DNA from: Chiloscyllium plagiosum
Lineage: Eukaryota
NCBI RefSeq assembly: GCF_004010195.1
Contig: NC_057726.1
Location: 69,115,418 to 69,179,417, forward strand
DNA length: 64,000 nucleotides
Direction of reading: 5' to 3'
The notes beneath the pieces are model-generated. The model saw nothing but the letters and a program-made list of their open reading frames with translations. It made no database searches and was not told where the DNA came from. This document shows positions 40,264 through 51,921 of this stretch, one piece after another. Numbering within the stretch: the stretch's first letter is position 1; each line of letters begins with the position of its first letter. The translations under genes and the position numbers were made by a program.

Positions 40264-40566
40264 CCTATTTATTGAAAGTGTAGCTGACATTGACTGGCGT
40301 CTGCAGTGAGATGTGAGACACTTCACAAGTGTAAACGGTACCGCTCTGAACGGGTTCTGTCTCAGTCAGTTTGCTGGAAACCTCATAGAGGCCGATTGCA
40401 TTCTGCAATTTGACATGTTCCATCCCGGTTGCAATTTCTGAATCATTTTTGTACCACGTGATATTCAGGTTGTCTGGGGAAAATGCAGCAGTTGTGCAAA
40501 GAAGAGTTAGAGGGAAAGCTGAGCCGTTCTCCGGCAGTTTGACCAGTTGGAGTGGAGTCGGAGGGA
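40264..40566 (-). pseudogene. Gene B C1-set exon with dead acceptor and terminal stop
   Basis: VPPTPLQLVKLPENGSAFPLTLLCTTAAFSPDNLNITWYKNDSEIATG..GLYEVSSKLTETEPVQSGTVYTCEVSHISLQTPVNVSYTFNK*. The acceptor reads tttcg|, and TAG at 40267-40265 precedes G|gtaggt. Confidence 0.92.
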
Positions 40567-41264
40567 CGAAACAAAAAGAAAAGGAAACGTTTGTTTTGAA
40601 GCCTGCATTTAATTTGAAAAAGGTGAAGCAAATTCTACCACAAGGTCAAGCAGAACCAGACAACCATAAAAATCATGCAATTAAATCGGTGTTTAATAGG
40701 GGATACCTCACAGTTTAAAACAATCTGCTGGTTCATTTCGAAGAAAAAGCGGAAATGTTCATCAGCGCCGAATTACAAACATTTAAAGGGGAAACGTTCT
40801 AACGAATATCGCAGTTTTCACATCATAGAGTGTAATTGTTGTTTTAAATTTTGCATTGGCAAATGCCTTCGTGTCAATCCCTGAAATTAATGAATTGCTT
40901 ATTTCGTTGTCTTAATATTTTCACATTTTCCTCAAGTACTCAGATATACAAAGCATTATATTTCGAATGTTTGTTCCAATTTTAAGATGTGCAGTCATTC
41001 AGTGCAATTTTCTTTCCGGGAATAGGATCATTGTGTTCCAATATTTAAGGAGATCACATTTGACACCACAACAAAAATTCTTCACTCAAATCACAGGAAG
41101 TGGATATTATAAACTGAGTTAAACTTGCACTCAACAAATAAACTCGGTGGAAGTACATGTGAAGTTTCAGTAAATACGTTCTCGTGTTCATTTGGAACCT
41201 CGCATTTCTTGAACGAGGTATCTGTTGGAGGCCACCTCTAATAACAAGGGCCAGACTGGGTTTG

Positions 41265-41670
41265 TGCGCGTGAAATATAGAGGATTGAGAGGCGACTTTA
41301 TGGAATTTTAGCCGATTCTTGGAGGATTTACATTATAAATGCAGAAAAATTGTGTACCCTTGTGGGAGAGACTGGGACCAGAGAGCAACACCTCAGAATA
41401 AGAGGTCGCTTATTTAAGACAGAAATAAGGTGGAAACTGTTCTGTCACAGGGTCGAGAGTATGCAGAATTATTTTCCGCAGCATGTGGTTGAGATTTGGT
41501 TTGTAAGTACATTCCATGCTGGGCTAGACAGATTTTTGATTGCTGACTAGTTCAAGGCCCATCGAGAAAAGGCGGGAAAGTAGAGCTGGGGATGATCCGA
41601 TCACCGATGATGGCATTGACTGGCGGAGCAGACCCAAACGGTCTACCCCCGCACCTCCGTCTTATGGTGT
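41265..41670 (+). mobile_element. Old CR1 3' fragment in the V-C1 intron of gene B
   Basis: RRLRGD and ETGTREQHLRIRGRLFKTE motifs. Confidence 0.75.
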
Positions 41671-41800
41671 TAAAATCGGAACAAAAAATTGCAAATTCTT
41701 TCTTTGTAGATTAGATCCACACTTTAAAAATTATTCCGATTAATGCCTTAAATCCAATTGCACAACCAACGCAGTATTTTCCCTTCTCCTTGATCCTTAC

Positions 41801-42112
41801 CGAACACGACCAGGTTGGTGCCGGTTCCGTTTGCAGCCACATTGTGTGTCACTCTGCAGTAATAAACCCCAGCGTCCTCCAATCTTATATCCGCCAGTTG
41901 TAAGACAGCTCCTCCCCAATTGAGGGAAAAAAGCTGGATCTTGTGGTCCAAAATTTCCTCCAAGAACCCATCTCTCCCATCTCTGCACCACTGCACTTTC
42001 ACTGGCTTCTTGTCTTGAAAGATGGGGAAAATGCAATAAAGTTTAACCAAGGCGCCTCTGGTGACAGCGCACTCTCGATCTTGTCTCACCATCAACTGAG
42101 AATTGTGAGAGG
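41801..42112 (-). CDS. Gene B germline-joined VJ-type Ig exon (open frame)
   Basis: ASHNSQLMVRQ..VKLYCIFP..VQWCRDG..GAVLQLADIRLEDAGVYYCRVTHNVAANGTGTNLVVF and G|gtaagg. The acceptor is a T-rich tract followed by gtgcaaaag|. Confidence 0.93.
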
Positions 42113-42318
42113 CTTTTGCACAAAAAAAACACAGTTTTCAAGACCTAACAATCGAATTAGACAATCCAACTAACAATCCGAGAAGATGTTAGGATGCAAC
42201 GCATATATCAAAAAAAATCAGCAACAAGAAAGGCTAAATAAAGCTTTATTATGTATTAATCATTAACAAATTGAAAGAACGGTCATCGTTTGGAAAGAAG
42301 AACATGGAATACATTTAC

Positions 42319-42370
42319 CTGTGTAACTGATCAATAACATGGTCGTGCAGTGAAGTAAGGCTCTGAGCAT
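42319..42370 (-). CDS. Gene B leader exon
   Basis: MLRALLHCTTMLLISYT followed by G|gtaaat. Confidence 0.88.
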
Positions 42371-42450
42371 CTTGAGCAGCTGAACTGAAGTGATCGTTTG
42401 CATTGCTATGTGTAATATATACAAATTCAAAACAACTGACGAGAAGATGG

Positions 42451-42492
42451 TTGGTTTCAGATGCGTCTGTCAGTACGTCAGTTTTGGTGACG
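42451..42492 (-). promoter_or_regulatory. CRE-like half sites plus GAAACCA motif upstream of gene B
   Basis: TGACGTA (42480-42474, minus strand), TGACG at 42488 and gaaaccaa, 80-120 nt upstream of the ATG. Confidence 0.4.
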
Positions 42493-42844
42493 TTTGAGAT
42501 TTCTCCCTGCCCATTCACAGGAAACTATCTATATCCTGTACTCACCATTGTCCCTACATGATAAACGCTAAAGGTACCCCTCAGCTACTTTTAAATTTAT
42601 TATTTGCATTTTTGCTGCGGCGACTCAGAAAGGATTCCGTGAACGGTTCCATGATGTATCTCACTGAATGAAGGACTGGATGCTCTGATCTCTTGCTCAA
42701 GCAGCATATCATGATGACAGCTGATCCCCATAATTCAGGCACTGTAGACAAACTCTATTCAGTGTGTGATGTTTGATGCAACTTTCGATGTTCGTTTCAT
42801 TGGATGCCACCAGCTGCTGATAGTTGCTCTACCTATTGTTAGTT

Positions 42845-43680
42845 CATCCAGTCAAACTCGTTCCTGCTGACCAGGTGTCCTGAACTGATCTAGTCCCATT
42901 TGCTTGCGCTTCACCCATGTGCCTCGAAACTTTACCTATTAATGTACCTGCCCAAATGTGTTTTACATGTTGTACTTTACCCAACTCTACCACTTCCTCT
43001 GGCAGCTCATTCCGTGTATGCACCATTTTCTGTGTGTAAAGGTACCCCTCAGCTCCTTTTGAATCTTACCTTTCTCACCTTAAACTTATGCGCTGTAGTT
43101 TTATTCTCTCTTACGCTCGGAAAAAGACCATAGCTTCATTTTATCTATGCCTCTTATGTCTTTAGTGTCTGTGAGATCACCCCTCAGTCTCAGAATTTCC
43201 AGGGAAAAAAAGGCGAAGGATAGAGTCATGCAGCATAGAAACAAACCAGTCCAACCAGTCAACAATCGCAAACTAAACTAGTCCCACCTGCCAGTAGTTG
43301 GCCCATTACCTCCAAACATTACTTATGCATGGACTTATCTAACGGTCTTTTAAATGTTGTAAGTGTACCCATTTCAAAACCTTCCTCTGGAAGTTCAGTC
43401 CACACACAAACCACTCTTGGTGTAAAAAAAACACTTGGTCCGCATGCATTTTAAAAATCTTTCTCCTTTGGCTTTAAAAATATGCCCCACCCCAGAGAAA
43501 AGACACCTGACATTCACCTTATCTAGACGCCTCATGATTTTGTAAACCTCTGTAAGGTCACACGCGCCTCCAACGTCTTCAGCTCCAGCCAAACAAAATC
43601 CAGCCGATCCAACCTCTCCTTATAGCTCAAACCATCCAGTGATAGCAACATTCTTGTGATTTTTTTCCGGTGTCCTTTCT
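42845..43680 (-). mobile_element. Two CR1 3' fragments
   Basis: RNELPEEVVE, LSYKERLDRL and DLTEVYKIMR motifs. Confidence 0.8.
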
Positions 43681-43684
43681 GTAT

Positions 43685-45072
43685 TTGGAAATGCAAGGAT
43701 TGATTAGGCTTCGTCAACATGACTTTGTGCATAGGAAATCATGTCTCACTAACTTGGATTGAGTTTTTTGAAGAAGTAACCAAGAGGACTGATGAGGGCA
43801 GAGCAATGGACTTGATCTGTATGGACTTCAGTTAGGCATTTGACAAGGTTCTTCTTGGGAGACTGGTTAGCAAGGTTAGGTCACATAGAATACAGGGAGA
43901 ACTAGCCATTTAGATACAGAACTAGCTCGAAGGCAGAAGACAGAGGCTGGTGGTATAAGGTTGTCTTTCAGACTGGGGGCCTGTGAGCAGTGATGTGCCA
44001 CAAGGATCAGTGCTTGGTTAATTGCTTTTTATCATTAATATAGATGCTTTGGGTGTGAACATAGGAGGTGTACTTAGTAAGTTTGCAGATGACACCAAAA
44101 TTGGAATTGAAGTGGATAGTGAACAAGCTTACCTCGGAGTCCAACAGGATCTTGATCAGATGGGTCAATGGGCCGAGGAACGATGGCAGGTAGAGTTTAA
44201 TTTAGATAAATGTAAGATTAGATTAGATTACTTACACTGTGGAACCCGGCCCTTTGTCCCAACAAGTCCACACCGACCCGCCGAAGCGCAACCCACCCAG
44301 ACCCATAACACTACATTTGCCCCTTCACCTAAAACTACGGACAATTTAGCAATGCTAATTCACCTAACCTGCACATTTTTGGACTGTGGGAGGAAACCGG
44401 AGCACCCGGAGGAAACCCACGCAGACACGGGGAGAATGTGCACACTACACACAGGCAGTCGCCTGAGGCGGGAACTAAACCTGGGTCTCTGGCGCTGTGA
44501 AGCAGCAGTGCTGACCACTGTGCCACCATGCCCCTCACCGTAAGGTGCTGCATTTTGGAAAGGCAAAACAAGGGAGAACGTATACAGTCAGTGGTAAGAT
44601 CCTGCGATGTGATGATCAACAAGAAGGACCTGGAGTGCAGTTCATATTTCCTTGAAAGTTGAATCGCAGATTGATAGGGATTGGAGAAGGTATCTGGTAT
44701 GCTTTCCTTTATTGGTCAGAGCATCGAGTAAAGGCGTTGGGAAAACATATTGTGGCTGGACAGGGTTAGGCCACTTGTGGAATATTGTGCACAGTTCTGT
44801 TTTCCCTCTATCGGAAGGATATTCTGAAACTTGAAAGGGTTCAGAAAAGATTTACAAGGATGTCCACAGTTTTGGATTGTTTAAGCCAGAGGGAGAAGCT
44901 GAATAGGCTGGGGCTGTTTTCTCTCGAGTGTAGGAACCTGAGGGATGACCTTGTAGAGATTTATAAAATCATGAGGGACATGGATAGGGTAAATAGTCAA
45001 GGTATTTTCCCTGGGGTGGTGGAATGCAGAACTAGAGGCTAAGGCTTAGTGTCACGGGGGAAAAATTTAAAA
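43685..45072 (+). mobile_element. Older CR1, interrupted by a SINE and by the young CR1; resumes 47668-47918
   Basis: SKFADDTKIG and LERVQKRFTRM motifs; continuation after the young element tail. Confidence 0.88.
44216..44533 (-). mobile_element. HE1/V-SINE-type SINE
   Basis: SINE consensus with (taatc)n tail. Confidence 0.93.
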
Positions 45073-45073
45073 T

Positions 45074-47667
45074 TTGGGTAACGAACCAGGCCAGGTGTTA
45101 GAATTAGAGGTAGGTGAGCACTTTGGGGATAGTGACCATAATTCGGTGTTTTTAATTCTCGTGATGGAGAGGGATAAGTGTGTACTACAGGGCAAGAGTT
45201 ATAGCTGGGGTCAGGGAAATTATGATGCGGTGAGGCATGACTTAGGATGTGTGGCTTGGAAAAGTAGACTCCAAGGCAAAAGTGTAAATGATATGTGGAG
45301 CTTGTTCAAGGAGCAACTATTGAGTGTCCTTGATAATTATGTACCTGACAGGCAGGGAGGAAAGGGTCGTGCGAGGGAGCCGTGCTTTAATAAGGAATTG
45401 GAATCCCTTGTTAAATGGAAGAGGGCGACCTATCTCAAGATGAGACGTGAAGGTTCAATTGGGGCGATTGAGAGTTATAGGGTAGCCAGGAAGGACCTGA
45501 AGAGAGAGCTAAGAGCAGCAAGGAGGGGACATGAAAGGTCCTTAGTCGGTAGGATTAGGGAAAACCCAAAGGCTTTCTATAGGTATGTTAGGAATAAAAG
45601 AATGACTAGGGTAGGAATAGGTCCAGTCAAGGATAGTAGTGGGAAGTTGCGTGTGGAGGCGGAAGAGATGGGGGAGACACTGAATGAATACTTTTCTTCA
45701 GTATTCACTCAGGAACAGGGCATTGTCGATGAGAATACTGAGGCACAAATAAGTAGAATGGATGGCTTTGAGGTATATAGAGAAGAGGTGTTGGAAATCC
45801 TGGAAAACGTGAAAATAGATAAGTCCCCTGGGCCTGATGGCATTTATCCTAGGATTCTCTGGGAAGCAAGGGAGGAGATTGCAGAGCCATTGGCCTTAAT
45901 TTTTATGTCCTCTTTGTCTACAGGAGTAGTCCCAGAAGACTGGAGGATAGCAAATGTGGTTCCCTTGTTCAAAAAGGGGAGTAGGGATAGCCCTAGTAAC
46001 TATAGGCCGGTGAGTCTCACTTCTGTTGTGGGCAAAGTCTTAGAGAGAATTGTAAGGGATAGGATTTATGCACATCTGGATAGGAATAATGTGATCAAGG
46101 ATAGTCAGCATGGTTTTGTGAAGGGCAAGTCGTGCCTCACAAACCTTATTGAATTCTTTGAAAAGGTGACGAAGGAGGTTGATGAGGGAAAAGCGGTAGA
46201 TGTGGTGTATATGGATTTTAGTAAGGCATTTGATAAGGTTCCCCATGGTAGGCTACTACAGAAAATACGGAGATATGGCATTGAGGGTGAGTTGGAGGTT
46301 AGGATTAGGAATTGGCTGGATGGAAGAAGACAGAGGGTAGTAGTTGATGGCAAAGTTTCTTCATGGAGTGCCGTCACTAGCGGTGTTCCGCAAGGATCTG
46401 TTTTGGGACCATTGCTGTTTGTCATTTTTATAAATGACATGGAAGAGGGGTTAGAAGGTTGGGTAAGCAAGTTTGCGGATGANNNNNNNNNNNNNNNNNN
46501 NNNNNNNNNNNNNNNNNNNNNNNNNNNNNNNNNNNNNNNNNNNNNNNNNNNNNNNNNNNNNNNNNNNNNNNNNNNNNNNNNNNNNNNNNNNNNNNNNNNN
46601 NNNNNNNNNNNNNNNNNNNNNNNNNNNNNNNNNNNNNNNNNNNNNNNNNNNNNNNNNNNNNNNNNNNNNNNNNNNNNNNNNNNNNNNNNNNNNNNNNNNN
46701 NNNNNNNNNNNNNNNNNNNNNNNNNNNNNNNNNNNNNNNNNNNNNNNNNNNNNNNNNNNNNNNNNNNNNNNNNNNNNNNNNNNNNNNNNNNNNNNNNNNN
46801 NNNNNNNNNNNNNNNNNNNNNNNNNNNNNNNNNNNNNNNNNNNNNNNNNNNNNNNNNNNNNNNNNNNNNNNNNNNNNNNNNNNNNNNNNNNNNNNNNNNN
46901 NNNNNNNNNNNNNNNNNNNNNNNNNNNNNNNNNNNNNNNNNNNNNNNNNNNNNNNNNNNNNNNNNNNNNNNNNNNNNNNNNNNNNNNNNNNNNNNNNNNN
47001 NNNNNNNNNNNNNNNNNNNNNNNNNNNNNNNNNNNNNNNNNNNNNNNNNNNNNNNNNNNNNNNNNNNNNNNNNNNNNNNNNNNNNNNNNNNNNNNNNNNN
47101 NNNNNNNNNNNNNNNNNNNNNNNNNNNNNNNNNNNNNNNNNNNNNNNNNNNNNNNNNNNNNNNNNNNNNNNNNNNNNNNNNNNNNNNNNNNNNNNNNNNN
47201 NNNNNNNNNNNNNNNNNNNNNNNNNNNNNNNNNNNNNNNNNNNNNNNNNNNNNNNNNNNNNNNNNNNNNNNNNNNNNNNNNNNNNNNNNNNNNNNNNNNN
47301 NNNNNNNNNNNNNNNNNNNNNNNNNNNNNNNNNNNNNNNNNNNNNNNNNNNNNNNNNNNNNNNNNNNNNNNNNNNNNNNNNNNNNNCGTATGGAGTCAGC
47401 TATTACGAGGGGGCATAGCTTTAAATTAAGGGGGGTAGATATAGGACTGAAGTTAGGGGTAGGTTCTTCACTCAGCGAGTCGTAAGTTCATGGAATGCCC
47501 TGCCAGTAGCAGTGGTGGACTCTCCCTCTTTATGGGCATTTAAGCGGGCATTGGATAGGTATATGGAGGATAGTGAGTTAGTATAGGTTAGGTGGGCTTG
47601 GATCGGCGCAACATCGAGGGCCAAAGGGCCTGTACTGCGCTGTATTCTTCTATGTTCTATGTTCTAT
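45074..47667 (+). mobile_element. Young 5'-truncated CR1 LINE, ORF2 open up to the gap
   Basis: ~470 uninterrupted codons ([40 protein letters not shown]) and a (ttctatg)n tail. Confidence 0.97.
46483..47386. other. Assembly gap (N run)
   Basis: Run of n. Confidence 1.
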
Positions 47668-47929
47668 GGACTTAAAGGGCAAGTTTTTTCATGCAAAGGG
47701 TGGTGCGTTAATGGAACGAGCTGCCGGGGGAAGTGGTGGTGGCTGGTACTATTACAACATTTAAAAGGCATCCGGCTGGGTATATGAATAGGAAAGATTT
47801 CCAGAGACATGGGCCAAGTGCTGACATATGGGACTTAGATTAGATTGAATATCTGGTCCATGTGGACGCGTTGGACGAAAGGTCTGTTTCCGTGTTGTAC
47901 ATCTCTATGACTCTATAACATTTTTTCTT

Positions 47930-48185
47930 TATCAGGGCGACCAGAATTGTAGGTCATTTTCTGGAAGTGGCCTCATCAGTATCTTGTAAAACACAAGATG
48001 ACCTCCCAACTTCTGTACGCAGTGCTCTGACCAATGAACACAAGCGTGCTGAACACCTTCTTCACCACTTCCTGTGAAACGACTTTGAAGGAACTGTGAA
48101 CCTGCATCCCTAGGCCCCACTGTTCAACAACATTCCCCAGAGCCCTTTCATGAACTATGTACGTCCTGCCCTGGGTTGCCTCTTC
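47930..48185 (-). mobile_element. CR1 fragment
   Basis: VFIGQSTAYRSWEV and LQFWSP motifs. Confidence 0.8.
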
Positions 48186-48341
48186 CACTCTGTCCAAGCT
48201 TGCAAGTTAATTCTGCAATAAAGGATGGTTTGGAAGGCATTCTGGACGACTTGAGAATGGCATTCAGATTGACCATTCCACTCGGCCATCGAAAGAGGAC
48301 AGAAAATGAAGATAGACTTCAAAAATAATTATAATCATCGT

Positions 48342-48514
48342 TTATTGCCGGTGACAGAAACTGAACAAACAAACTATACAGTCATGGTCACGGCAGCATT
48401 TAGAGTGAAGTCGTGCAGATAGATAATGCAAAGCCAAAAAGCAAATGACACCACCGTTCAGGATCAGAGTAATCAGTAAATGACACATACAACCTTCCAT
48501 ATTAAGGCGGCTCA
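48342..48514 (-). other. Possible orphan terminal TM exon
   Basis: tcacag| phase 1, VSRLNMEGCMCHLLITLILNGGVICFLALHYLSARLHSKCC...RQ*, with the stop inside AATAAA. No partner exon found. Confidence 0.3.
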
Positions 48515-49451
48515 CTGTGACCCAGTGAATAGGTAAATATTTTACAGATGATATGTGCAAATAATGCAAAGAGGTCAGCTAAACTATGAATTAAAATTAA
48601 ACTATATTTTGGTTTGACCCTCTAGATTTTGAATTTATTGTCAATTTCATCTCTTCTCAAATCAGAAACATTTCATCACCAGAGAGTTGGATGTAAAGGG
48701 AACATTTTTCAGTTTCGATGATCACATAATATCTGTGATATCAATGCTATGAACCTGAATCGAGGAATTACGTATTTTTCATGGAATGCTTCAAAATTAG
48801 CAAAGCAACAAACACCACGTCGATATTTAAGGAGGACATTTGGCAATATTTATTTTTTTTCCTCCCACTTCGAAGATGCGTTGCTAAACACTGGAAGACA
48901 AATACACATGGGCTAAGTATAGGGGAAAAAATTCTCCTTTGCCCATGTAGGTCACAGTGGTAGAAATATAAAACTGGAGCTCAGTCATCGAGATTAAAGT
49001 TAGAGACTGATGTTTCGCAGCAATTGTGGGGACATATGGAATATTGTGGTTAAACCTGCACTGACGCTCTTGGAAAGATAGAACAGTCAGAACGACAAGC
49101 ATTTCACCCAGGTCTTTTGTTTGGAATGTTTTGATGTGCAATTCCATGAGGAAACAGACAATTGATGCAGCAGGATCCATTGGATCAAAAGATGTTTCTC
49201 TGTCTTGTTTGATTCCTGATTCCTTATTGTCGTGTCTACTGGCGATTTCCTATCAATGTCAACTCCCAGCTTTGCACTAAATTCATATTGTTTTCATGTA
49301 TATTTCAGAGTCCTGTCAAGAACATTTCTTGCGAAGTAAATTCAAGCAGAATAACTCAGAAACTTACAAGTTACCACTCTCTATTTCTCAAACCATGATA
49401 ATATGATGCAATCTTAAAAGAGGTTCAGTGCACCCGTGCGTGTTCCTCCAT

Positions 49452-49597
49452 GGTCGAAAAGTGTGGCGCTGGAAAAGCACAGCAGGTCAGGCAGCACCCG
49501 AGGAGCAGGAGAGTCGACGTTTCGGCCAGAAGTCATTCAACGCCGCACTTTCTGACTCCGACTCTGACTCTCCAGCAGCTATAGTCCTTACTTTCTC
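49452..49597. mobile_element. Penelope-type short element fragment
   Basis: ctggaaaagcacagcaggtcaggcagcac..gagtcgacgtttcgg; same family as 9930 and 56031. Confidence 0.6.
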
Positions 49598-50566
49598 AGT
49601 GTTTCACCATAGTACAAGTACAGATACATGGGTGCAAGCTGCAGTGGGTGGCAATTGGGAGTTTTGTAAAGTGGAGCGAACAGTTTATCTGTTGCCTCAA
49701 AATCTGGTAATAATTGCTGCTCGATGTTTGGTAAGATCAATTAGAGCCACAGAGTCACATAGCACAGAGTCAGTCCCTTTGGCCCAACTCTACAATTTCG
49801 ACTGTTTCCTGAACTGAAATCATTATATTAGACTGTATTTAACCCATATCCCTCCCATTCTTTCCTATCCATACACCTGTCCAAATGTATTTTAACTGTT
49901 GTAATTCTATCTTCAATGTTGTAATTAAGTGCTCAAGTGGGTTTAATCTGAAGGGTAAACAATGAAATATCTGAGACTGCGTTAGCTTGGGTAGTTAATT
50001 TGGTCAAAACTGGATACGGAAATAAGAGTGGCAGAATACAAAAACCAGGATTAGATTGCTCAGGTAAGAGCAAACGCGGCAATCTGAAAGAATGCCAAGC
50101 GCTGTATGAAGGAGAGCTGTGTGAGTGTTCTTTAACACTCCTCCAGGAGAAGTTGCCCTACTTCTCTCTAATTAGCCACATTCACTATGTCATTCGTTCT
50201 CCCAACCTGCCACACCAGGCCTTCTGTATGGCCCACTCACTCACTTGTGTCACAATACATGCTGTGACATCTTTCACTTTCCGTTATTTCTGTGTCTGTC
50301 TCTCGCTCCAACATCAAAAGAGCTCAAAATAAGGTAAAAAATACGTTTGGTGGTGTACTACCCACCATTCGGCTGGCCACTCCTTTATCAGCAGATGATC
50401 CGGACCCTGATTGCTCACAACATGGTCGACTTGGATTGGAGCTTGAATTTCATTTACTCTTCTAGAATGTACTGTGTGAAGGCGATAAAATTTGACTGAT
50501 CTGAGGCCTGTCGGCAGTGGCATACTTCCTGGCTTTGTTTCTGTACTAAGTGGCAAGGCAAGACAG

Positions 50567-51207
50567 TGTGATAATGCTGTCACTTTAAGAGGTTTATTTG
50601 TCTTTTCTTTAAAACTTTTGTAAGACAAAGGTCGTGAACTGTCATGGAGAAAGTAAACAATTTGTGAGGTGTTGGGTGTTTTAAAAATGTTGGAAGAGTG
50701 GAAGCAGACTGTGTGTGGCCAACTCTCACAAACCAGGCTTTATAGTATTTTTTAGCTTTTCGGTTTAATTTTGAGCCGAACCCTTTGGTTCTCAAAAGCC
50801 TCAGCGAATGTTTCCCAGCTGCTACTTTCTTGGAATTTTCTCCAGATGTATTGCTCTTTCTGGAGTGGAGATCTGCACGTGAGAATCCCTGTCTGAAATG
50901 TCCCTTTCTGCCAAGGGGTGTGTTTATGGGATGGCTATATCGGAACAGTTAATTAGTAATAGTTACTGTATTTATTACTCTGCTATTAAGTTTTCCAATG
51001 GTGTCGTTTTTTCTAAATTTTTCTTTCTTTTGTTTGTATTTTAACTGCAGTGCTTAAATAAACTGTGTTCTGCTTAACATCGAGTAGTTTGACTGTCGCA
51101 TTGCATCTGGAAAATGACACTTCACATCTAATTTTGGAATAAGAATACTTTAGAGTCTAAGCTACCTTCATAAACTATTTTGAGAGGGTCTGGTCTGTTC
51201 CATATCA
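50567..51207 (+). mobile_element. Probable solo LTR
   Basis: TG...CA ends, AATAAA at ~51057 and near-TSD acag/gcag. Confidence 0.5.
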
Positions 51208-51844
51208 GCAGTAGTCAAAAACCTATATGAACAAAGCCACATGCCTGTAACAGGTTGGTTAATTAGCACAAAATCTGCAAATATCTCCAACCTTTAGTGG
51301 TTCCATCCTGAGAGTAGGGCAGAATATATCCAGGGTTGGCAATGATGCTGTTGAGGACACAGTAAGGCATGATGCAATGGTTATACTATGTCAGGCAGTG
51401 GACTGACGAACCTATGAAACATCTCTCTGAGTTAGGCCTGGAACCCTCAGATAATGGGAAAGGAGAAAGCGCAGAGGTGATAGGACTGAGTTTGCCATTG
51501 CCATTTCCATTGGTGTTATGAGTTGTTCAGCTTCATTCCTTTTTGAGAGATGTTAGCCAGTTCAAACAAATTTTCTTGCTCATCCATAAATGAACATAAT
51601 TAAAAATAAAACACATAGCTGCGGGTCTGGATTCACATGAAAGCCATGTAATGACAGAGATTTCCTTTGTTAATTTACCAGATGACTTGTTATAACAGTC
51701 ATGTCAAACATTATAATAAACTTATTCCAGAAGCATTGCTACAATATCAATCAATTAATCGGAGATGCCGGTGTTGGACTGGGGTGTACAAAGTTAAAAA
51801 TCACACAACACCAGGTTATAGTCCAACAGGTTTAATTGGAAACA

Positions 51845-51879
51845 CACTAGCTTTCGGAGCGACGCTCCTTCATCAGGTG
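51845..51879 (-). ncRNA. Minimal type I hammerhead ribozyme motif (opposite arm)
   Basis: cac-CTGATGA-a-ggagc(gtc)gctcc-GAAA-gcta-gtg on the minus strand. Confidence 0.65.
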
Positions 51880-51886
51880 ACACTAT

Positions 51887-51921
51887 CATCTGATGAAGGA
51901 GCGTCGCTCCGAAAGCTAGTG
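51887..51921 (+). ncRNA. Minimal type I hammerhead ribozyme motif
   Basis: cat-CTGATGA-a-ggagc(gtc)gctcc-GAAA-gcta-gtg. Confidence 0.65.

Larger units (their letters stand above)
30877..42370 (-). other. Gene B: VJ-C1-TM-cytoplasmic IgSF receptor gene, 6 exons; pseudogene or C1-skipping NKp30-like gene
   Basis: Exons 42370-42319, 42112-41801, 40566-40264, 33446-33345, 32747-32704 and 30951-30877, with consistent phases 1,1,1,1,0. Confidence 0.88.

Noticed and set aside
45074-47485. 803-aa, 318-aa and 290-aa ORFs
   Set aside because: Lengths are inflated by N runs; the real parts are CR1 ORF2.
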